A DNA stretch of 64,000 bases from Octopus vulgaris (Eukaryota). The translations under genes and the position numbers were made by a program. The DNA lies in the NCBI GenBank assembly GCA_951406725.2, contig OX597836.1, positions 4,898,001 through 4,962,000 on the forward strand, given 5' to 3'. This document shows, piece after piece, positions 55,825-64,000 of this stretch. A model generated the notes under the pieces. The model saw only the letters and a list, made by a program, of their open reading frames with translations, had not been told where the DNA came from and did not search any database. Each line of letters starts with the position of its first letter. The first letter of the stretch is position 1.

Positions 55825-56045
55825 TGTGTGTGTCTGTGTCTGTGTTTGATCCCTCCAACACCGTTGACAACAGATGTTGTTGCGCTGTCAACCTCGTAAC
55901 TTAACGGTTCGGCAAAAAGAAGCCGATAGAATAAGTAATAGACTTACAAACAATAAATCCTGGGTGTCAATTTGTTCGACTAAAGGCGGTACTCCAGCAT
56001 GGTCGCAGTCAAATTACTGAAGCGAGTAAAGGAATAAACGAATTA
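55502..56045 (+). mobile_element. Full-length SINE family A with expanded internal (TG)n
   Basis: Head, internal microsatellite of ~200 bp and 3' domain all present. Confidence 0.92.
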
Positions 56046-56758
56046 AAGAATGCCACGTTAGTTACAGTTATACCATTCACATATTATAAATAGATCCACG
56101 AGGAAGCACAAAATATATTATGCAACAGGAATTTATAGATGCGAACAAAGGTCACATTTCGACCAGGTTACGCGAAACCCCATGTACAGTAAAGGGCAGA
56201 AACCATAGCAATAGAGATTTTCGTTTACTTTATATTATTTGATTCGACTACATATACCTAGGTTAATTTCTGGTACCAATTAAATTTACACCAGTGTGAT
56301 GAAAATGGAAATAGATTAGACCGAAGAAGGCATCCTTTTTAATTATTTATGATATTGTAGATAATTGGTTAAAATTCTTTGGCTTCCAATTATAAGAGAA
56401 TGGCTACTTCAGGAAATAGATAGGTTAATCGTTTATTCTCTTACTAGTTTCACTTATTTCAGAGTGGCCATGCTGGGGAATTGGCATCGAAAGGTTTTAC
56501 TCGATCATAGACACCCTCTTATGTATTGGAATTTATTTTCGAGTAATTATTGTATTGACGAAATGGAACCAAGTGTTATGAGAATAGTTTCCGATACTAC
56601 GGCATCGATATAACACCTGTAAACAGAACACAAACAGCGACATAGACGCGCACACACGCATACGACATATATTCATACACACTTTTGTAGATACACACGC
56701 GAAACACTCAAATATATACGCACGTATATATGCAGGTGTGTATATACATAGATATTTG

Positions 56759-56812
<54 letters not shown>

Positions 56813-56839
56813 CATATATACATATATATATACATATAT

Positions 56840-56885
<46 letters not shown>

Positions 56886-56952
56886 GAATATATATATGTA
56901 TATATATAAATATATATATGTATATATATATCACAATCTACGTCTCCCCCGC

Positions 56953-56982
<30 letters not shown>

Positions 56983-56983
<1 letters not shown>

Positions 56984-58078
56984 CTTATATATAATAAAAC
57001 GGAATATATATGTGTATACAGGCATTTTACTTGATTCCCCTGAAAATCAATATTTTTCATCCGATTTCGTTCACGCTGGGAACATATATCACTTACGTTG
57101 CAGAGTTGATCATAGACTCTTCAGACATTCCACATAATGAGTAATGCCGCCCCTAAGGGACGAAAACACCTCCTCATAGGTAAACAACAAATACCAATGA
57201 ACGTTGCTTCAAGGGACATTACTCTTGACGAAGTATTTATGCTACTTTCATTCCGCTTTCTACTACAGTTTTTACAATTCCCATTCACTTCAAATCCCCA
57301 ATATGTGTACATTAGCACTTCCTTCAAATAACCATCCAACTTAAATCAACATTTAATTATTTCTTTATTGCCTTCAGAAATTAATCCATATTATATATAT
57401 TCTCTGCTTTTACTCATACGAAACTGACAGTTATACAATTTTCACAATGCCTAGTCACTGCAAACTGCCAATATTTGCGCGTTAGCACAGGACTGTTCTG
57501 GCACCTACAACTGCAGCTGTCAACACTCTTGTCTATGACGTACACAATAAGCTACCTCCTCAAGAACGTTGCTACAGATCCGTTGACACAGTTACCGACA
57601 TCGATCACGTTACACACGTTCGAACTGAATTTCTCATGTCCAAACATCCTCCAGGATTCCCTCCTCATGAACTTCACTTAAAAGTTGGTCATCCTCGTAC
57701 GCAATCTAAACTCACTCACGCTATGCAAGGGACCTCACTTTGAGGTCAAACAGATAATGGACCTTGTCATTTAAGCCCAAATTATCACGGGACACGGCAA
57801 AAAGATACCGTTTTTATTCTTAAAATTCCGCTAACTCCAAGAGACTGGCCCTACCGTATGCGGAGTCTTCAGTTCTCTCTTCAATTCCCTTCGCCATAAC
57901 AATTAACTAAGCACAAGGTCAATTCCTGAAAGTTGTCGGATTGAACCTTCGAACGTCATGCTTTTCACATAGGCAATTCTACATCGGTTGTTCCAGAGTT
58001 GGCCATCCAGACAACTTATTCATCTATGTTCCTGAAAGAAAAACTAAAAATGTCGTCTACAGAACAGCCCTACAATAG
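56983..58078 (+). mobile_element. Internally deleted Helitron (5' TC end plus helicase C-terminus)
   Basis: A|TCTTATATATAATAAAAC start, with PIF1-helicase coding remnant downstream. The 3' end is replaced by a family A SINE head fragment (58079-58100, minus). Confidence 0.7.
57560..58078 (+). pseudogene. Helitron PIF1-like helicase C-terminal fragment
   Basis: With frameshifts and stops: HPPGFPPHELHLKVG, ILVRNLN..LCKG, IITGHG, VFILKIPLTP, FAITIN*AQGQFLKVVGLNLRTSCFSHRQFYIGCSRVG, KTKNVVY..AL*. Confidence 0.92.
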
Positions 58079-58139
58079 TTACCACACAGCCACTCCTACG
58101 TTTGTATGAGTAATATATATTATTAGGAATATACTTAAA

Positions 58140-58202
<63 letters not shown>

Positions 58203-58949
58203 CTTTCCGTGATTGCTGTCTTTATTTCGTAGAGTCAGATGAGATCGGAATGAAGAGACAGGCGAAGGAACATACTTCAGCTTTTATTACAGTTAATTAC
58301 TAAGATAACTCCTCCCCGTTCCCTACTTACAGCGGGAGGGTGTTTTCATGAAGATTCAACTGCTATTTTATGCAACTTGATCGGCCCGGTACATTGACAC
58401 ATAAACCTTAACGTAATCATGTAGCGATAAGCGTTTACATCACTGTTTTCAAATTCCTGCAAAACGCTAGTAATTTCCTGTGTGTTTGTGGAGGTGGTGG
58501 TAGGTCGATTAAACCGAACTCAGTTCTCAGCTAATGGTAAGACAGCATACGGACCTGCTCCGTTGTTGAAGAAACCCCACAAGAAAGAAAATACTATCGT
58601 GCATTTTAAATCGACAAAATGGGAAAACTAACGAGAGATTTAATAGCCAATAGTGTATCTGGTTATATAGATAGCCAGGCTATATTACCACCGGAGCATG
58701 AACTATGAGGTAAGAAGGTTTAAGGTACGCAAGGGACATTACAGATTGCATATATTATTAATACCCCTGAAATGGAAGCGTTGCCATACGAAGCAGTGTT
58801 ATAGAATCTAGCGAATGTATATAGGCCATAGACTTGGTTTTCTTATTCCTGGATAATAAAATCTGGATAATAAAATATTTTAAGTCGTTAAAGTGTTTAG
58901 GATAAGTCAATATAAGCGAACGTAACGGGTATTAGTAAATGGAAAACAA

Positions 58950-59370
58950 AATTGATACCTCTTCGCTAAAGAAATTGCAAATATTAAGATCAATGAAGAA
59001 AAAAGAATCATTTGAGGGTAATAGGTTGTCGCCTTTGCATTTTGTGATATCCATGATGCATTTAACACACTATTAAGAACGGTGAAAGATGGGTGTGTTA
59101 TTAAGAGGAATTCAGCATAAAGTATTTCCAATTTTCTTTATGGATGTCTTGAATCATTTACTAAAAGGTTGGAGATCAAACCAGAAAGTTTATGTGGATT
59201 TCGGGTAGATATCGGGATAATGTTTGAAAGAAAATGAAATGCCTTAAAGCGCTAATAAGGAAAAGGAAGATGCAAATGGCGGAAATGAAAGTAATGCGAT
59301 GCACTTAGCTTGAGATGAAACCATAAAACCAGTAGATGAGGGAAGATTATTAATACTTGAATATGACGGT
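58950..59370 (+). pseudogene. Second R4/Dong-clade RT remnant
   Basis: FEGNRLSPLHFVISMMHL (approx. FQGDSLSPLLFV.CMIPL), FMDVL (approx. FMDDL), FRVDIGIMF (approx. FS.DIGM.FG). Confidence 0.65.
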
Positions 59371-59809
59371 GGCTTCGCTTGTATGAGTCGAGACGTATAC
59401 GACAGAGCCGAGAGAGGAAGATTTAAGCTCAAATTTTAACCATCTGATGTGTTTGTTTCTTCATGTTTCTTCTCGTCAGTTTTCACTCTACGTATAGCAA
59501 TACTGCATCAGATACAATGATGCAGTATGGTATGATGATGATAGGAATACTTTTGATCTGAGAGGTTGTTGGATCAAATTCAGCCAAGAGCTAAACAACA
59601 AAATTATGAAGAAAATAAAAGAGAAATTACAAGACAAATTCTACAATAAAAAACAAACATAAAAACGGTAAATATTGAGCAAGAGTGTCTCTATGGTAAT
59701 AAATTTATTTCCCGGTCACATGGTTCCGGGTTCTGTCCAATTAGTGGCACCTTAGGAAAGTATCTTCTATTACAGGTGTGGGTCAATCCAAATATTATGT
59801 GTGGATTTG

Positions 59810-59964
59810 TTCCTCTCTTTATTTTCTTTCAGTGTTTCTTTCTGTGGAAGAGCGTAGGCTCGAAGCGTTACAGACTTTTTTTGATTTCCGAGCGTTATAC
59901 TAATACATCAGTTTGTTTTCTACACCACATGTCTTCCTCTTTTGTTTTTTGCGTAAACTCTCCC

Positions 59965-59965
<1 letters not shown>
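59810..59965 (+). mobile_element. Penelope-like terminal fragment with degenerate hammerhead (59837-59874)
   Basis: CUGUGGA-A-GAGC(guag)GCUC-GAAG-CGU-UA, ending directly against (TA)n. Confidence 0.5.
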
Positions 59966-60008
<43 letters not shown>

Positions 60009-60365
60009 ATTTAAAAATAGAATAAAATCTTTATAAGAATTTATCAAGTAGTTATGGAAAATTATTAATTATTAATTATTCCATTTAAATATATTTAAAA
60101 CATAAACTTTTTGCCTAATGACGCAACGTGTCGGTGGGCATCGAACTGATAGAGTTACGTTTCTGAGGTAAATTCTTTAAGCACTAAGCCACGAGCTTTC
60201 ACGGGTGAGCCACAAACTATTAAAAATACCCCAGTCTTCAACATGTATTTATCTGCAAAAAGAGAAAACGCAACGATTATATTCAATTTGACATTTCCGA
60301 AACTGAGAGATTTGGTTTAAGGGTGAATTTATTTTATATTTTGGTGTATAAAGAATTCGATCAAT

Positions 60366-60475
<110 letters not shown>

Positions 60476-60623
60476 GTGAAATAGAAAGATGAATAATCTT
60501 GTAGTAGATTAATCAAAAGTTTAACCGATACCTTAGTAGCAAAAATCACAGCAGTAAAACAGTGTAGAATGAAATAAAACGATTTCTGTTCAATCTGCGT
60601 TCAGCTCCATTTCTTCAATTCAC

Positions 60624-60681
<58 letters not shown>

Positions 60682-61029
60682 CAATAAGAGAGGGACCACA
60701 TGTGGTCACTCTAACGCTAGAAATAGATCCACAAAGGGAATCCACCACTAAAGAATTGTTCTGAAGCATTAATTCAACACGCTAAGACCACTTGGTGTTT
60801 TAAATTGATGTTATTAATTAATATTCAATTTTCTCACCCTTATTGTGATTTTATATATATATATATATATATAATCTGGTAAGCATTAATTTGCAAGACA
60901 TGTGGGTGTTCACCAAGAAACGAAGAAAATAATTATGACATTAACCACATCGTAACCACATCGAAGGTAATAATATGCTTAAGAGACGTAACAATTATGA
61001 ACAATAACGGGAGAGAAATAGAAATAAGA

Positions 61030-61040
61030 CTAGTAGTAGC

Positions 61041-61096
<56 letters not shown>

Positions 61097-61097
61097 A
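61030..61097. repeat. (TAG)n microsatellite
   Basis: Near-perfect triplet run. Confidence 0.97.
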
Positions 61098-61357
61098 ATG
61101 GGGCATGCGCTGTGTCATTGCTTCGCTGCATCCGCCATTTGTTCGTGATTCCCTAATACAAATGGTGGATATCTTTGGCGACATCTCAGGCGACAACACT
61201 CCAGCCCATGGGTCTGTTTGAGGAGAGGATTTTAATCCTCTATAAGTCGCCTTTTACGACACGTTGGATCTGGTCATTAAAATGTCCCCGCCACACAAGC
61301 AAGGATCAAAAGATAAAAACCCCAAATCGAATATAAACCGTTTGTAAAGAGTATCGA

Positions 61358-61688
61358 ACACCTTCGGTCATGAATGGCCGTAGGATTGCACCTAGAAAGT
61401 TCCGCTCCCAGGCATATATCCGGGCAAGGTTGTTTATGAAAAACGAGCAGTCATCCAACCATACGGAACTCCATTCTCCAAGCCACCGATGTTATACAAG
61501 AGAGAAGCAAAGGCTGATACAGTTTGGCACCAGTGACATCACGACTCATTTTTACAGCTGAGTGAATTGGGGAAATGTGAAATGAAGTGTCTTGCCCAAG
61601 AACACAACACACAGCCCGGTCCGAGAATCGAACTCACTATCTCATGATTGTGAGCCCGACGCTTTAACCACTGAGTCACGCGCTTTCA
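61358..61688 (-). mobile_element. Full-length tRNA-headed SINE (family D)
   Basis: Minus-strand GCGCGTGACTCAGTGGTTA A box, GAGTTCGATTC B box, CORE-like TTGGGCAAGACACTT...CACTCAGCTGTAAAAATG; 3' end CCATTCATGACCGAAGG. Confidence 0.82.
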
Positions 61689-62093
61689 GGAAAAAAGTAA
61701 AAAATGCAGGACACATTTATAATAAACTATATCTTGTAACAAGAAAGAGATTATGTTAAAGATATCAGAATTGTCAGCAACAGCGAAAAAGAGAACGCAA
61801 TAAAAAAAAACGTATGTTCTTTTAGATCTGAGAAAGAAATTGGTGCTATAAATAAGGCGCAGCAAGGAAATAATGATGTGAACGAGACATATCTTTGGAA
61901 AAATTCAGACGATGAGGATATGAATATGACAGTTCTTGATAGCCATAAAAGATGATATTAAATGTTAGAAACAAAAGCGGGAATAAAACGTGACATTCAT
62001 ACGTGTATGTGTGTGTGTGCACGCGCGCATGAGTGTCTGCGCGTGCGTGCGTGTGTGTGTGTGTGTGGGTGTGGGTGTGTATGTGTGTGTGTG

Positions 62094-62126
<33 letters not shown>

Positions 62127-62776
62127 AAGGCGGCGAGCTGGCAGATGCGTTAGCACGCCAGGCGAAATGCGTAGCCGTATTTCGTCTGTCGTTACGTTCT
62201 GAGTTCAAATTCCGCCGAGGTCGACTTTGCCTTTCATCCTTTCGGGGTTGATAAAACTAAGTACCAGTTACGCACTGGGGTCGATGTAATCGACTTAATA
62301 CCTATGTCTGTCCGTGTTTGTCCCCTCTGTGTTTAGCCCCTTGTGGGTAATAAAGAAATAGGTATTTCGTCTGCCGTTACGTTCTGAGTTCAAATTCCGC
62401 TGAGGTCGACTTTGCCTTTCATCCTTTCGGAGTCGATAAATTAAGTACCAGTTACGCACGGGGGTCGATATAATCGCAAGGATGAAAGGCAAATTCGACC
62501 TCGGCGAAATTTGAACACAGAACATAAAGACAAACGAAGTACCTATTCCTTTACTACCCACAGGGGGCTAAACACAGAGAGGACAAACAAGGACAGACAA
62601 ACGGATTAAGTCGATTATATCGACCCCAGTGCATAACTGGTACTTAAATTAACGACCTCGAAAGGATGAAAGGCAAAGTCGACCTCGGCGGAATTTGATC
62701 TCAGAACATAAAGACAGACGAAATACCCCAAGGCATTTCGCCCGACGCGCTAACGTTTCTGCCAGCTCGCCGCCTT
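62127..62776. mobile_element. Two dimeric family B SINEs in inverted, tail-to-tail orientation
   Basis: Plus full 62127-62361, plus partial 62362-62476, minus partial 62478-62543, minus full 62544-62776. Confidence 0.93.
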
Positions 62777-62798
62777 ATATATTTACATACATATATAT

Positions 62799-62841
<43 letters not shown>

Positions 62842-62886
62842 CGTTTCTGCCAGCTCACCGCCTTATATATTTACATACATATATAT

Positions 62887-62926
<40 letters not shown>
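62751..62926. repeat. 88-bp-period tandem duplication of SINE head plus flanking microsatellite
   Basis: TAACGTTTCTGCCAGCTC(G/A)CCGCCTTATATATTTACATACAT... starts at 62751 and again at 62839. Confidence 0.9.
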
Positions 62927-62958
<32 letters not shown>

Positions 62959-62975
62959 GTATGCGTATATCATAC

Positions 62976-63011
<36 letters not shown>

Positions 63012-63553
63012 ATTCACGAAACAAGACATATATTTATATAAACAGGAGAGAAAAAAACGTGCAATATAAAATACGATAACGAAATATTGACGCAATAAAC
63101 AGCGTATTTGGATAGTTTGAAATATGTATTAAGCTAGAAATGACTACGTTTTATTAGTTTCCCATTAATTACAAGAACGATCCGTATTAGCTCTTTCAGA
63201 CATTTCCAGTAGAGTATAAGAAGATAACAGATTAACGTCGTTAGCAGGAGAAATTAGGAAGGTAAAGGTGGGTGGGTGGGTGAAATGAAAGAGATGAAAA
63301 TAAAAATAAAACAAGAAGAAGTAAAATAAAAAAGTAGTAGAGGAGAAGGAGATACGAAGAGGTCTAATTCTCTGAAAGGGATTTCTGAATATAAAACGTG
63401 TTAAAGGTTAATGGATGTAGGAAATTAGTTTCAGGAGAATGCAAAATGGGATAAAGTGCCCCTTCATGTATATGTATATACATACATACATATATACATG
63501 CATACATACATACACACACATACATACATACATGCATACATGCTTACATACAT

Positions 63554-63619
<66 letters not shown>

Positions 63620-63634
63620 GTATACATACATTTT

Positions 63635-63860
63635 TAGAGTAAATCCACAAAAAGAAGTAGAACACACGCAAAAAAAAAAAAACAGAACGTGAGGCCGTAG
63701 TACATGTGAAGTATTAGAAGACGATCAGGAAAGGAAATAAAGATGGTTCAACGTTTCGAGCAAAACTCTTCTTAAGAAACAGAGGAAAGTCCAATAGAAA
63801 GGAAGATGGAGGAAGAAAATCGCCAACGATTCACATGTGGTTACATTTTGAAACTTTCTA
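63635..63860 (-). mobile_element. Penelope-like terminal fragment with degenerate hammerhead (63745-63780)
   Basis: Minus strand GUUU-CUUAAGA-A-GAGU(uuu)GCUC-GAAA-CGU-UG-AACC; same architecture as the 59837 motif; ends against the TA tract. Confidence 0.5.
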
Positions 63861-64000
63861 AGGGCAATCCCCTGCTCATTCACGGACGAATGGGGTCTTT
63901 CCTTACTTGAATTTATATACATATATATATAAATAAACGAAAAACGTACGTGCGCACACATCACAGTCAGAGACACACACACACACACTCTTACCATACG

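Overview
Eukaryotic, AT-rich, repeat-saturated genomic DNA. No host protein-coding exon, rRNA, true tRNA or CRISPR array can be supported. The extreme density of (TA)n/(CA)n/(GATA)n microsatellites and the SINE sequences point to a coleoid cephalopod, most likely Octopus (inference from recalled repeat sequences, not a database hit). Nearly all ORFs in the supplied track are microsatellite read-throughs (YI/CV/HT runs). The real coding remnants are all transposon-derived: a young 5'-truncated CR1-clade LINE RT (18.6-19.8 kb), two R4/Dong-clade RT fragments, Helitron Rep and PIF1-helicase fragments and a Penelope RT fragment. There are also at least four tRNA-derived SINE families, Tigger-like and piggyBac-like MITEs, a complete non-autonomous Helitron and several foldback elements. 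The most interesting signal is a dispersed set of minimal type-I hammerhead-ribozyme motifs of the Penelope pLTR type, mostly in short inserts in or beside TA microsatellites. The best is a 53-nt insert at 46530-46582 that consists only of a hammerhead fold. Other notable structures are a ~650-bp inverted SINE-dimer palindrome (62127-62776), a 126-bp palindrome (46286-46411) and a ~1.1-kb diverged ~51-bp minisatellite.
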